Shown: one piece after another, positions 38,456 through 52,580 of the stretch
Numbering within the stretch: the first letter of the stretch is position 1
How the letters are laid out: every line of letters starts with the position of its first letter
Assembly (NCBI GenBank): GCA_964016885.1
Contig: OZ024744.1
Coordinates: 66,278,001-66,342,000 of the forward strand
From: Eledone cirrhosa
Lineage: Eukaryota
Length of the DNA: 64,000 nt
Reading direction: 5' to 3'
Notes under the pieces: generated by a model
What the model saw: the letters and a program-made list of their open reading frames with translations, nothing else
What the model was told of the DNA's origin: nothing
Database searches by the model: none
Position numbers and translations under genes: made by a program

Positions 38456-38676
38456 CCCTTTATCATTTAAACCGGACATATCCGACCAGAACTCTCTCAC
38501 CTCTTTCTGTCCAAACTAGCTGTAACTGACAGCTCATACTTATGTTAAAGTATTGTTCTGAAAATAAACAATATTAAAATCTCATAGATTCGATATTATG
38601 GGAGATAATTATGTGAGGTAAAACCTTGACCGTGAAGATATAATAGTAAATATAGAGTAATGTAAATGCTAAATGG
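38456..38676. mobile_element. piggyBac-type MITE, copy 3
   Basis: TTAA|CCCTTTATCATTTA...TAAATGCTAAATGG|TTAA. Confidence 0.75.
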
Positions 38677-39428
38677 TTAAAAAGAGGTTTGCAGCAGCTA
38701 TGAAAGGCAATAATCATTTTTTTTAAATTCAAAGGTCACTAGTGTATAAGCTTTTGCACAATTTGAACATTTCTGATAAGCTTATATATATTCAACAGGT
38801 TCTGATTCAACAGATTTAGAAGGTGTAAATAGTGACAAAGGTGATACGGCTTTGACAGACACTAACAAATACAATCTCCCCACCACCAACACGCCCTCTG
38901 CATCCTAAAAAAATCCCCACTAACAATGACTAGAGAAAATCACCCATCTTCTCAAACTTGATGCTGTTTACCCATCACTGAAATGCTTGTAAGAGCACCA
39001 TCCATATGGCAAAAGAAGCCTCCTCTGTGAAATGTACAACCTTCAAGCTCTTCAGCCATCCCCCTGCCCAAACTGTAGCCAACCTTCCTAACTTCTTGCT
39101 AAAAGGATTGCCATTAACTTTGCTGAATTCTCCTTTCTTTTATTACTCAAACTTTATGATTCTGTGAGCTGCACACTTCCATAGGAAAAAAAGCCTCTAA
39201 CTTTACTGCCCAGTTTGTATCTTAACTCCACACAGCTACTCCAAATTCATCCTCTTCCACTCCACAAAGTTTATGACCTTGCACACTTACACACCAAGTG
39301 CAAAAGCACCAGCCTGCTACAACCTTACACTGCTTACACATGCACCTTATAGATTCTCCATTGACTACAGATCCTATCACCCTCCTTTTCTTTCTCTCCC
39401 TTCCTCTTATTCATGCCCCCCTCCACCC

Positions 39429-39473
<45 letters not shown>

Positions 39474-39567
39474 ATAGTGATTACCAGAATGACTTTCTGA
39501 ACATAGCTAAATAGCTAAAACTGCATCTAAAAGAATGACCCTTTGCTTCAGTACCAGAAACTACTTC

Positions 39568-39571
39568 ATGG

Positions 39572-39642
<71 letters not shown>

Positions 39643-39845
39643 GTGGTGGTGATGGTGATGATGGATACGATGATGATGGTGATGGATATGATGATGATGA
39701 TGAGGGGTATGATGATTATGATGACGATGGAGACGATGATTATGGTGATGGGGATGATGCTGAAGAAGATGATGACGATCATGATAATGATGGGGACGAT
39801 GATGACGATGATGATGATGGTGATGACGATGATGATGATGATGAT
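39568..39845. repeat. (GAT)n microsatellite
   Basis: Direct reading. Confidence 0.95.
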
Positions 39846-40055
39846 ATGGTATAGATTTGAAGGTGAACTGAAAGTCAATTTGATGAACCACAGCATATTA
39901 CAGGTACATATCAAGGTAAATGAATGGAGCTTCTAATTAGTGTCTTAATTTAATAGAAACAGCCACATCTCCTTCAAGTTTCCTCTTGTCAGCCATCTTA
40001 AATAAACAGATCCTCGAAAATATAAAAGAAGACGAAGACGAAGAAGAACAACAAC

Positions 40056-40803
40056 ACATGTAGTGGGAGGTGGGGGGCTATTGTTGCTGTTGCTGGTGTT
40101 GTTGTTGCTGTTGTTGTCATTGTTGTTGTTGTCATTGTTGTTTTTGTTATTGTTGTTGTTGTTGTTGTTGCTGTTGTCGTTGAAGTTATTGTTGTTGTTG
40201 TCATTGTTGTTGTTGTTGTTGTCGTATTTGTCGTTGTTGATGTTGTTATCATTGTCGACATTGTCATTGTTGTTGCCACTGTTCATGTTGACGTTGTTGT
40301 TGCTGTTGTTAATAATACCAACAACAACAACAATGTCAACATGAACAGTGGCAACAACAATGACAATGTCGACAATGATAACAACATCAACAACGACAAA
40401 TACGACAACAACAACGACAACAACAATGACAACAACAACAACAAATACAACAACAACAATGATGACAACAGCAATGATGAAAACACCAACATCAACGACA
40501 GCAACAATAACAACGACAACAACAATGACAAGAACAACAGTGACAACAACAACAACAAGGAAAACACCAACAACAACAATGGCAACAACAATGGCAACAA
40601 TAACGACAACAACAACATTTATGACAACAATGACACCAACAACAATAACTTCAACAATAATAGCAACGACAACAGCAACAATGCCAACAACAACAACAAC
40701 AAGAAGAACAAAAAACAAAAACAACAATGACAACAACAACGACAACAACAGCAACAACAACACCAGCAACAGCAACAATAGCCCCCCGCCTCCCACTACA
40801 TGT
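40056..40803. repeat. Fold-back inverted duplication of a degenerate (AAC)n tract
   Basis: ACATGTAGTGGGAGGTGGGGGGCTATTG at the left end and CAATAGCCCCCCGCCTCCCACTACATGT at the right end. Unique interruptions are mirrored around about 40310. Confidence 0.9.
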
Positions 40804-41235
40804 TTCTTAAGATACGCTTTCTATACATTACATTACATTACATTCATTGATAATAAGTATTCTTCTTAAAATAAAGTACCAGTAATTCACTGAGTAATTG
40901 CTGGCCTTGTGCCAAAAGTAGAAACAATTATCATTATTACTTGGACAATAGCAATTTTAATTAAAACATTATGGTCACTTTAGCTACCAACCCTTGCAAA
41001 ATCTAGGAAAATAATTCCAAGAAACATTACACAGGTGAAAAGTTGATGAACTCTTAACTCTATAAGAGGAGATTAACTTAATCTGGTTTAGTGGGCAAGA
41101 GAATTTATTCAGATTTAGATTAATAAACAGATAATAACTTTTCAACTGCTAATGCTATTTCGAATGGTGAGAGAGTTAGGAAGGAAAAAAGGTTGAAGGT
41201 GAAATATTTCAGGAAATTTATAATTATTATTATTA

Positions 41236-43312
41236 CAGTTGCATTTATCTTGCTTTATGTTCATACGAGTTATTACCAAGTCACAACTAGTGACCTCAAG
41301 AGACAACAAGGTCCGCCATGTTCAAGAAAGAACATACATACACACACATGCATCTTTAGGTGTTTAGACTTGTGATGTACTTATATTGAGAGAATCTTCC
41401 TTAGTATATAGGCAGTTCCCATTAGTACTATCTTTTTATCGCATATATTTCTATCGCATATATTTCTTCTATATGCGAGTTTCCTGGGATTTGCGATAAG
41501 TAATCATTAGACCCCTTAGGTATCATTCCTAGAGTGCCCACAACCATTGGTATTGTTTTAGTTCTCGATTTCCACATTTTTCCAATTTTTATCTCCAGGT
41601 CCCTATACTTGCTCAATTTTTCAAATGTTTTTATAGATACATTCTTGTCTATTGTAACGGACATATCAATTAGCAGGCATACCCTCTTTTTAAAGTCCTT
41701 CAGTATTATATCAGGTCTATTTGCATCTATTTTTCGGTCTATTTGGATGCTAAAGTTCCACAAGATTGAGATGTGATCTTTTTCAAGTATGGGAGGTGGT
41801 TGATGCTCCCCCCAATTCTTTTGATGGGGCAGGTCAAAATGCTTATACATTATCAAATGTATGTATTGTGTAGCTCTGTCGTGCCTGTTTAAGTATCCGG
41901 TTGGAGCTATAGGACTGCATATTGAAATTATATGATCAATGGTCTCTGGTTGGTTTTTACATATACGGCATAATGGGTTGCATCCATTTTTTATTAAGTT
42001 GGCTTGATCATTTTTTGTTGGCAGACACTGATCTTGTGCTGATATAATCAGTCCTTCAGTCTCCGATTTCAGTCCAGAGGATGCCAACCACTGATGGATT
42101 AAAGTTTTGTCAACATCAGGACTGTTAGCTCTTTCTGGGTATTTTCCATACAGAGGCTTTTCTTGCCATTTCTGAGCCAGTTTCTGTAGCAGTTCTTTCT
42201 TTGCAGTTACTTTTACCTGCTTTGCTTTTTCTGTGTTTTTCATTTCAGCAGTAAATGGAACTTCTGAAATTTGTAGTTCATTACTGTATCTTTGTGCATC
42301 TTTTGTAATGGAGTATGATCTTTTGATGCTTTCATGTTTCAAAACGATTTTGATCATCCAATCATGTGATTCCTTTAGATATGTAGATAATCCAATTGTT
42401 GCAGTTTTCAACGCAATGTCTAACTGGATTAACCCACGTCCTCCTTCTTTCCTAGGGAGATATATTCTATCTGTATCTGCCTTAGGGTGATGCATTCTGT
42501 GCATGGTTAAGAATTTTCTAATTTTTGTATCGAGCCTGCAGATCTCTGTGCTTGACAAGTTGATGACATTGAAACTGTAGGTTACTACTGGTATGGCAAG
42601 CGTGTTTATGGTATTGATCCTATTCTTTGCATTCTATTCCGTTCTTAAGATTGCTCTCACTCTGCGGTAACATTCCTTCCTTATCCTTTCCCTCATTGTT
42701 GAGTGTTTGATTCCGTCTCCTTCACAAACACCTAGATATTTGTAAGTTTCCTCTTGATCAAGTTCTCTTATCACATTCCCCCGATCAAGGTTAATGTCTG
42801 AACTTCTCAGTAGCTTTCCTCTCGTGAATGTGCCTTTGGTGCATTTATTTAGTCCAAACTCCATTTTAATGTCATCACTGAACTGCTCCACAGTGGATAA
42901 TAGCCCTTGCAATTGCTCATCATTTTTTGCAAATAGTTTCAGGTCATCCATGTAGAACAAGTGATTAATGGTTTTGTAATAGACTTTATATCCATGTTTT
43001 GTTTCATTGAGCATTTTACTTAATGGTATAAGTGCGATGCAGAATAAAAGCGGTGATAAAGAGTCACCCTGAAAAATTCCACAATAAATATTTACTTCTC
43101 CAGCTTCCAGTGATTTTTTTTCACTATTGAAAAGGAGTGTCGTTTTCCATGTCTTCATACTGAATGACAGGAACCTCCTGACAACGGGAGATATTTTGAA
43201 AATCTCTAAACATTTTTCAATCCAACTGTGTGGCAAACTATCGAATGTTTTTTTTGTAATCTATCCAAGCAATTGATAGATTTTTGTGTCTATTATGATA
43301 ATCTTCCAGTAT
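41236..43312 (-). mobile_element. R4/Dong-like non-LTR retrotransposon with a restriction-like endonuclease, 5'-truncated
   Basis: GIFQGDSLSPLLF, HLFYMDDLKL, YKYLG, CCHC finger CRIC..ETIDHIISIC, RHD and RPDI...LID...K..KY. The 3' end abuts (TAA)n. Confidence 0.9.
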
Positions 43313-45720
43313 TCATCATCATCACCGTTTTACGCCCGTTCTTCCATGCTAGCATGGGTTAGACGGGTTGTCCTGTTGTGGGCAGTGTCTGGTCGGCTGA
43401 CCATGCCTTGCTCATACAGGAACTGATTTGGCTTGATTTCTACAGCTGGAAGCCCTTCCTAACACCAACCTCATTTACAGTGAGTGCTGGGTGCTTTTTC
43501 CGTGGCGCCTACACGTCCACTTTACAGTGTGGGCTGGGTGCTTTTTTGCTGTGGCACCTCCACGACCACTTTGCAGTGGGAGAATATTGTCTATATGCTT
43601 CAGCTTGTACCCATGGGGGGTCGGGTATTCTGTATTACTGCGTGACGCCAGAGGTCACGGTCGTGTGTCATCGCCTTTGAGAGGTGTAATTGGGTAAGGT
43701 CGGCTTTTATCACCTCATCCCAGGTCTTCTTGGGTCTCCCCACTCAGCGGTTTCCATTGACTTCTAGTGCTCTGCACCTTTTTATGCAGCTGTCATCCTT
43801 CATACGCATCACATGTCCATACCAACGCAACCGCCTCTCCTGCACACAGCATTTGATTCCTCTTATGCTCCGTCTCTCTCTCAATTCATATATGCTTTGC
43901 CTTTCTCGTATATTACTATTACACATCCATCGGAGCATGCAGGCTTCGTTTCTTTCTAATCTACGTAAGTCTTCCACCTTCAGCGCCCAGGTCTCACTAC
44001 CATGTAACATTGCTGTTCGGATACACGCATCATACAGTCTGCCTTTCATTTTGAGGGAGAAGCCTTTTGCAGCTAGCAGTGGCAGTTGTTCCCTGAACTT
44101 CTTCCATCCCGTTCTTACCCAGTTATTGTACTTTCTGAACACCCACCTCCGCTGCTAATTCGGTCACCTAGGTAGCAGAAGCTGTCTACTGTTTCTACAG
44201 AGCCCTCTTTGGTGGTACTTGTTTCCTGTGGCTGTTTGCTGCTTACTGTCCCAGCACAGCTGCTACATGTGAAGCCTACATTCTTAATTAAGCTTCCTGA
44301 GATCTTGCTACATCTCTTGTGTACCCATTGTTTGCATTTGGGGCAGAGAATGGAGTTCCTACCTACACCTTTCCTACATACTGAGCAAGGCCATTTCCCT
44401 GAGGGGATCTGGGTTCTGTTTTCTTGTCTACTTACAAGGACCTTAGTCTTTGTCATGTTGACTTTGAGACCCTTTCTTTCTAGTCCCTGCTTCCAAGTTT
44501 GGAATTCCTTCTCTAGTTCTAGCATAGATTCAGCTACAAGTGCGAGGTCATCTGCATACAGGAGTTCCCATGGGCATCTGGTCTTAAACTCCTCCGTTAT
44601 TGCCTGCAGGACTATGATGAACAGGAGAGGGCTGAGAACAGAGCCCTGATGGACACCAACCTGTACGCTAAATTCCTCGTTATACTCATTGCTAATCCTA
44701 ACTTTGCTGACTGCTCCCCTATACATGGCTTGTACAGCTTTCACAAGCCATTCATCTACTCCTAGTTTTCTAAGAGCCCACCAGATTACAGCACGTGGAA
44801 CTCTGTCAAAGGCTTTCTCGAGATCGACTAATGCCAGGTAGAGTGGCTTACTTTTAGCTAGGTACTTTTCCTGTAACTGCCTCACAAGGAAGAGGGCATC
44901 AGTGGTGCCTCTTCCTGGTACAAACCCAAATTGCATCTCATCTAGTTTCACCCGGTCCCTAATCAACCGTGCTATAACTCTTTCTGTTACTTTCATGACC
45001 TGGTCCATCAGCTTTATACCTCTATAGTTTCCTCTATCGAGTGCATCACCTTTACCTTTGTAGCAGTTGACAATGATGCTACTGCACCAATCTTTTGGTA
45101 TGACACCTTCTAGTATTACCTGGTTAACAATACGTGTGGTTATAGTGTGACCTACAGACCCAGATGCCTTCAGCATCTCGGCAGCTATACCCGATGGACT
45201 GGTTGCCTTCCCCATCTTCATATCTTTGATTGCCTTACTTACTACGCTGCTGCTGACTTGTACTGCTGGCCCCTCTATAGGGTCTACTTGGGGTAGGGTC
45301 TCTTCTTCCCATGCATTCTCCTAATTTAGTAATCTATCATAATGGCTCTTCCATGCATCTTTCTTCTCAGCACTTGTGAGGGCAAGCTCACCTTTATCAT
45401 TCCGGATACACTTCTCTCCAATGACATCACAATTCTCTCTGACACACTGCCTCGCAATCTTGAACATCTCCTGTTTCTGGTCCTCACGTTGCAAGACATG
45501 CTTGAATTTTCTATCCTCTGCTTCCCTCCTAGCTAAGTATACTTGTCGCCTAGCTTCCCTCTTGGCCTCTATGTAATGTACCCTGCTTCCCCCATTCTTC
45601 CATTCTTTCCATGCCTGTCTCTTGGCCTGAACTGCCTCATCTGCCTTATTGTTCCACCACCAAGTCACTCTCCTCCTGCTTGTGGTCTTACTCCAGCCAC
45701 AGATCTCATCCGTTGCCTCT
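43313..45720 (-). mobile_element. RTE LINE family B, 5'-truncated, with a long 3' UTR
   Basis: RT motifs QFGF, DLEKAFDRVPR and YADD, a C4HC3 insert and RRLRWYGHV. The ORF runs directly into the 49-bp-module 3' UTR and (TGA)n tail. Confidence 0.92.
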
Positions 45721-45721
45721 A

Positions 45722-45759
<38 letters not shown>

Positions 45760-48700
45760 GAATGCCATGGTTGACGGAGGTTCGGCTCTGTAAGGTAGTG
45801 TAATTTTTAACCGTTATAACAATTGTAAATTGTTTAAAACTTGAACCAAATTAAAGACACCCTCCTCCTTGTGAGAGGGGTTTTTCTGCCCGTTATTTGG
45901 CCCTTCGGGGTTAAATAACCAGTTATTGGTGATTTGTGCCCAATATTCATTTTAAACCGTAAAAAAAAACATGGCTACAAAGAAGAATTTTTACAAGTCA
46001 CTCCCACTCCTTCCGTCTTCTTCTTCCCCAATCGTCGTTACGTCAGAGAAAAGATTGTCTCACTCCCTCCCTTCTCTAAATGTGGTGTCGCCTCTTTCGC
46101 AAGGGACGCCATTAAAGAAAAAGAAAAATGTAGTTTCTCGTAGCGTTCTTCATCAAGAGAACACGCGTACCGTGGAACATTTCTCCACGACAACGACAAC
46201 GACGAAAGATGTGTGCGGAAAATACGGAAAGCCATTTCATTCGTCTGACGTCATGAAGAATAGCAGCAGCAGCCGTAATAACAGCAGCAGCAGCAACAGT
46301 GGTGAGGAAAATACTAGTAACAGCCGCAAGAACATCAGCAGCAGCAACAACAACAGCAGCATCAACAACAACAGCAGCAGCATAAACAGCAACAACAACA
46401 GCAGCAGCAGCAACAGTAACAACAACAACAGCAGCGCTGGCGGTCATAGTACCAGCAGCAACAACAAAAGTAACAGCAGCACTGACGTCAACAACAACAA
46501 CAAAGAAAAACCAATCTTGTTTCTAGGTATCGCAAAGAACCTGGAAATCATCCTTATAACAAATGAAGAATTACAGGAAGCAAGGAAGATGGTGACGAAA
46601 CCCGGACACCGAGCAATCTGTAAGGCAGCCGAAGAATTTCTCGAAATCCAACAGCACTGTACGGTCACGTACCATACAGTAAGCACAAAATCACATAGGG
46701 TTGAAAGAGCCACAGAGGCTCAAATACAAAAAGCCTTAGGGTCTGTGTGGCAGCGGAAAATGCATATCACCCGAGGCAAGAAATGTGCCACCGTGGACGT
46801 GCTTTTTGCCACACCCCAGGAGGCAAAGGTTCAATCCTTAGTAACCCTAAGGAGTGAAGAAATGGTGTTGGTGCCCTCCTACTGCGGGCAAAAAATTGTG
46901 AGGGTCAAACTGACCCAAGTTCCTATCCCCGGGATGGCCCCTTCTTGGCTGGCCGTGTCTGTCCTCGTCAGAATCGAGGACAAAACAACCGTACTGCAAG
47001 TACAGAAAAAGTATGAGAAGATTGGGTCAGTGCCTCCATTGAGATGTTAATTCAAACCAACCAGGAGTGCATCGAAGCTATCCCGGATGTGATAGACTTC
47101 GATAACGGCACTCAACTTCCTATAAGTGTTGAGGGAAAATGCCCGAAATGCTTTCGCTGTGGGTCGAAGACTCACCTCAGAGCTTTCTGCAATGAGAAGA
47201 CTCTGAGAAAGGAGAAAACCCCCCTCCTTCCGAAACTGGCTCCACTGCTACCAGCAACAGGACAGGCGGCAAGCAGCAAGGATAGGTCCGTGGCTCTGAT
47301 ACCCACGCCACGGAAATCAAGAACAGCAGCAGCAGTGGAAGTATTAACAACAACAGTAATACCAACTGCAGCTGCAACAGAGACTCCACTGCAACCATCA
47401 CCAACAACAACAAGTGAAAGAGTGGAGCTGATACCCCTCCCCGACCTCACAGAATCGGACATGGAGTGTGAGGTGGGAGAGGGGTGGAAAAAGGTCGCAA
47501 GAAGGCACAAACGCAGAAGCAGTGCATCGTTGCCTTCGAAAAGGGAGGGAAGAGATGAAAAAAGGGTAAAGGCTACTGTAAAGAGACTTACAGCAGCAAC
47601 CCCACCAACATCATCACCACCCAGACAAGCATTACCATTACCACCGGCGGCAACCCCCACCGCCAACAACAACAACACCACCACAAGCACCAACATCGCA
47701 AACACAACAACAAAACCCACACACCCAGCAACAACGACAAGAAAATAGCAGAACCACACACCACCCCAACAAAAGAAATGCACAGCAATAAATACACACA
47801 ACAAGAAACTAATGACTTACATAATTGAACACACAGACATTTCACAGCACGACTACATAATACCAGCACCAATCAAAACACCAACGAACATAAGACTGGT
47901 AAGAATATGACAGAAACAATACACAAACATTAAAATGAAATTCCCCAACGCAGTTGGTGATTTCAGAGACCTAGGAGGGACATTCAACTGGAGAGTATAC
48001 TCGGATATACTCGCAGAAGAGCCGACTACCAGCCGAAGGGACGATTCAACGGTCCCTTCACCAGACAATCAAGGTAAGTGACACTTTCTCACTTGCCTCG
48101 TTCCTCAGCCAACATGGCCGTATTCAGGATCGGAAGTGTAAACGTGCGTGGCTTGAGCTCGGTTTGGAAGCAGGGTCACTTGCTTAACGACCGCAGGTCA
48201 ATAAACATAGATGTGATGGCCATCAGCGAGACGAGAATCTCCGAAATGCAAACCTTCGTGCTGATGTGGCCAGATTTTTTTAGACGTCTAGAGACCTTTC
48301 TTGGAACGTCCCACTCTTTAGTGTTAGTGGGCGACTGGAACGGTATCTTGGATGCTCGCTGGGCTTGTGTGGGGCTAGTGGATAAGGGAGGAGGGTGCAA
48401 GAGCCTCAGCAACCTGCTCAGACGTTTTGAACTGTTTGACAGGTATCAACTGGACTATCTGAATGTACCAATGTGGACATGGACAAACCGCACCGGCTTA
48501 TCCAGATTGTATCTCGATAGGGTATTCTGCAGAGAACTAGATAAGGCTAGTATAAGTTGTCCACAATTTAAAATAGTCGACTGCACAGACCACAAATTTG
48601 TGATCTGTGAGATTGACATAGACAGACTTCATAGACAAGGGCCTGGTTACTGGAAGCTGAACGCGTCTTTCCCGGTGCGCAAAGCCTACAGAGACCGGAT

Positions 48701-51332
48701 TAGCGTATTAGTTAAGCGGGCGTTGACGGGAGCGGTCGTCAACAACAGGTGGTGGTTCGTCCTGAAAAGGGCAATTAAAGTAGAGTCGATTAGGTTTAGC
48801 AAAGGACTAGTGATAGAGGAAAATAGAGTAGAGGGAGAGCTAGTCAGAAAGCGAGAAGAGGCGTTTAGGACAGGCATCACAACCGACCTGCTTGCGGCGA
48901 GATTGGCACTCGACCAATTCTTCAATGCAAAATACGAAGGCTGCGTTATAAGAGCTAGAGCGCATGCTCTGAAACACGAGGGGACAAAAGCCGTCCAATG
49001 GGCCCGGGTGGCAGAGGCGTGACGTGGCAACAAAACCACAATTCGGTCCTTGTCTGACCAGAACGGGCGTGTGTTGCTCGAACCCGAGCAGATGTGTGAA
49101 CCTTTTCAGCAGCACTTTGCTGAACTGTTCGGGAGCAGCGGCGGGCCGGATCAGGGTATGAACTTCAGTTCATACCTTGACGAACTGCCTCGGCTCTCGA
49201 CGACCGCAGCACAGTGTTGCAAAAAGCCAATACCAGCCGGTGAAATACGGGCAGTGATGGCTAACTGCACAAGGGGTAAATCGCCAGGTTTGGATGGTCT
49301 ACCCTACGAGCTTTATGCATTTATACCAGAATTGTTCGGTGACCTCTTGGCAGACGTCTACTGCAACTGACAGCAGAACGGGAGCATTCTCAGTTTTGTG
49401 AGCCGGGGAGCGGTGGCGCTGCTGAGAAAAGATCCGAACAAGGGGATGTTATTGATAACTTCAGGCCCATAACTCTGCTAAACGCAGAGTTCAAGATTTT
49501 GACCAAGGTGTTAGCAACGAGGTTGGCACTTGTCATCAAGGGTCTGGTGGGAGAGGCGCAGACATGCGCCATTCCAGACAGATCCATACACGACAATCTC
49601 CACCTCATGCAATACATCGTAGAGAGGGTGGTTAAGGAACCTGGCACGGGTGGGGCCCTGATCAACTTAGATCAATCTAAAGCCTTCGATAGGGTCGACC
49701 ATCGGTACCTGGCAGCGGTCCTCAAGGCAGCCGGTTTCGGGCCCATTTTCAGGGGTTGGATCGCTGCGATGTACAGCGACATCTACTCAGTTGTGAGGGT
49801 GAATGGTTACCTGTCACACCCATTCTGCATCATGTGCTTGGTCCGCCAGGGTTGTCCCCTCTCATCCCTTTTGTACGTATTGGCTCTCGAGCCATTACTC
49901 CACAAACTTGGGGCGATGAGGGACGTCACCGTGGTGGTGTCGAGCACCAGACATGTCCAGATGCTCGGCACCGCTCTCAAGGAATACGAAGCGGTGACAG
50001 GAGCAAAGATAAACCAGGAAAAGTCGGTTTTGCATCTCGGCACCTGGTGAGGCAAGTCCATGCCGTCCGACAGCATCGTGGGGCGTTGGACGGACGGACC
50101 GGTTAAATTGCTCGGGGTCTGGTTCGGACCGGAACTCCAGATGAAAAAAAACTGGAGCGAGGTGATGAGCAGGGTGGCCTCCCTCACCCAGAAATAGGCC
50201 GAGAGGAAGCTGTCCCTTAAAGGCCGGGCGGAGGTGGAGAATGCGTACATCGCATCCGTCATCTGCTACCGCCTCACCGTCGTCCCTTGCCCCGGCCCAA
50301 CTCTCACTAAAATGGAGCGCCTCCTCCTCCGCTTTTTGTGGAGGGGACGCGCTCCCATGGTCAGACGATCCATCTGCTGTCAACACCCGTTGCGTGGAGG
50401 ACTGGGCATTCCATGACTGATAATGTGCAAACATGCACTGAGGCTGCGACATCTCTGGTGCTTCCTTGACGGTTGAGTCCTGGGTCAAGAAAAGAGAACT
50501 TTTAGCCCAGGGCTTATGGATAACTTCCAGAAATCCCTGGCCTGGCAGTGCTACCGGGGAGCTTTGCTGGTTCAAGATAAGCTCTACAGGCACAGAAGTG
50601 CCGTCAGCTGAGCCTGTCCGAGATGCGTACAGAGCGACAAAACCGTCGTGCATGCACTCGTTCAGTGCCTGAGCATTGCTGACTTGTGGAGTTATGTCAA
50701 ACAGTTGCTGTCGCGTGTAGGACTGATCCGGTTATTGACTAAGTCCATTGTGCAGATGGTCTCGCCGTCTTCCTTCGAGGAGGAAGAGCAGGCGGTTTTC
50801 ATCTGCCTGGTCGCCATGGCGAAAGAGATTATGTGGTGGACAAGGTTGAAAGGGTTAAAGACAGACACTTTCCTCTTCGGCGAATCCCTGATTAACTTTT
50901 TCAAGTTTCACTTGAAGAGGAAAATCAGGGTGGAGAGGCAAGTGCTGCCTTCTATCAAGTTTGTTGAAAGGTGGGTGAATGTAGCGAGAATGGTCCGAGT
51001 GAACGGATATACGCTTGTAGTCTGAATATACGCTTGTAGTTTGAGGAATGGGAAAAAATTGAGAGAGGGTGCTTGCCCTGGTCAGGGAGGGCCGTCGTCT
51101 TTTTTGTGGTTTTTGCCACGAGTAACCCTCGGAGGTTTCCCCCCTGTTGGGGAATTTTTCATTGTTTCAATTTTCATTTTTATTGTTTATATATATATAT
51201 GTTTCTATGTCTTTTTCTTTTCTTATATAAATAATAAAAATCTTTACACGCACAAAACCCACATCGTACCGTCCTGTACCGTCTGTAATGTTTTTCTTGA
51301 TGTCAACCCTTGTGGCCAATAAAGAAATCTTT
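45760..51332 (+). mobile_element. Tx1-like (L1 clade) LINE, full span but internally deleted
   Basis: ORF1 (45971-47748, frameshifted) with CCHC knuckle CFRCGSKTHLRAFC. ORF2 with APE (SVNVRGL, GDWN, LDR, TDH, GYWKLN) and RT (KSPGLDGLP, LDQSKAFDRVDH, RQGCPLS). Ends GGCCAATAAAGAAATC and is flanked on both sides by (ATT)n. Confidence 0.9.
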
Positions 51333-51349
51333 ATTATTATTATCATAAA

Positions 51350-51548
51350 AGCTGGTAGATTGGCAGTGTCGGTAGAGCATCAGATACCATGCTTTGCAGC
51401 ATAGAGTTTATGGCCCTTTAGGTTCTGAGTTCAAATGCTGCTGAGGTTAACTTTGCCTTTCACCCTTACGGGGTCGATAAAATAAAGTACCAGTAATACA
51501 CTGGTTAATTGCTGGCCTTGTGCCTAAAGTAGAAACAATTATTATTAT
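51350..51548 (+). mobile_element. Nin/Deu-like tRNA-SINE
   Basis: A-box, B-box, core and (ATT)n tail. Confidence 0.85.
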
Positions 51549-51800
51549 TGTCATCATTGCTAATATTATTGGAGTTGTTGTTGTTGCTGTTGTTGCTGTT
51601 ATTGTTATTACTATTATGACTACTTGCCTTTAAAATTTGACACAGCATTGCGACCATCTCTTAACTGTAGATAGATGCTGATTTGGCACACAAACACGCA
51701 TACACATACACTCACACAGCTTAAAGATGTTGATTGGATAGATAAATGTATGTAGCTTGCAGATGGTGTTAGATGATAAAGACTGCACGGATGATATATA

Positions 51801-51880
51801 CAGGCTGTCCCCCCCAAAATGTATATATACTTCAATAGCATTCTAATAAAAGTGAATATATAATTTTTTGGGACACTCTG
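51801..51880. mobile_element. Tc1/mariner-type mini-MITE (about 80 bp)
   Basis: CAGGCTGTCCC..AAAATGTATA...TTTTTTGGGACACTCTG; same family as 60779-60856. Confidence 0.65.
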
Positions 51881-51954
51881 TGTGTATATATATATATATA
51901 TCCATGCATATATGTGTGCATCTATGTTTGTATATTAGTATGCTTGCATGCATG

Positions 51955-51987
<33 letters not shown>

Positions 51988-51989
51988 GT

Positions 51990-52580
51990 AGATAAATCTA
52001 CCAAAATATACGGTAGTGTCCAATCTGTATGAAGAACTCAATGTAATCCAAATATCATGAAAAGAGAATATGCATTCAAAAATTTTCGATGAAAATCACA
52101 GGAAAAACAGAGTCAAGATAAATTAATAAAAACAAAGAACAAGTTCCTTATATTAAAAAATTCAACATTTTACGATCGTTTCTACGATGTATATGTGTGT
52201 TGGTATGTATATCATATAGATCTATGTAAAAATATTACAAACTATCAGAGGAAATATACATATCTTCACATATATATGCTGTCTTCAGAAATAATGAAAT
52301 TTATTTAATGAAAAAAACCAACAAAGATTTAATATAATAAGGTCTGTTTGGGAGCAGACCTATTATATTTTTTTCAATAAACAAATTTCATTATTTCTGA
52401 AGACAGCATATATATGTGAAGGTATGTGTATTTCTTCTGATAGTTTGTAATATGTTTACATAGATCTATATGATATACATACCAACACATATATACATCC
52501 TAGAAACGATCGTAAAATGATGAATTTTTTAATATAAGGAACTTGTTCTTTGTTTTTATTCATTGTTTTTATTAATTTAT
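51990..52580. mobile_element. Fold-back PLE-type mini-element with inverted arms of about 230 bp, each carrying a hammerhead
   Basis: About 52118-52348 mirrors about 52353-52580; flanked by (TA)n. Confidence 0.75.
52387..52524 (+). ncRNA. Type-I hammerhead with a long stem II (mirror copy on the minus strand at about 52161-52298)
   Basis: Stem I TTCATTATTT/AAATGATGAA, CTGAAGA (52397-52403), an irregular stem II of about 100 nt, then GAAA-CGATCG-TA. Predicted cut after A52514. The base of stem II is poorly paired. Confidence 0.62.

Noticed and set aside
39481-40869. Poly-His, Asp, Met and Asn ORFs
   Set aside because: (GAT)n and (AAC)n repeats.
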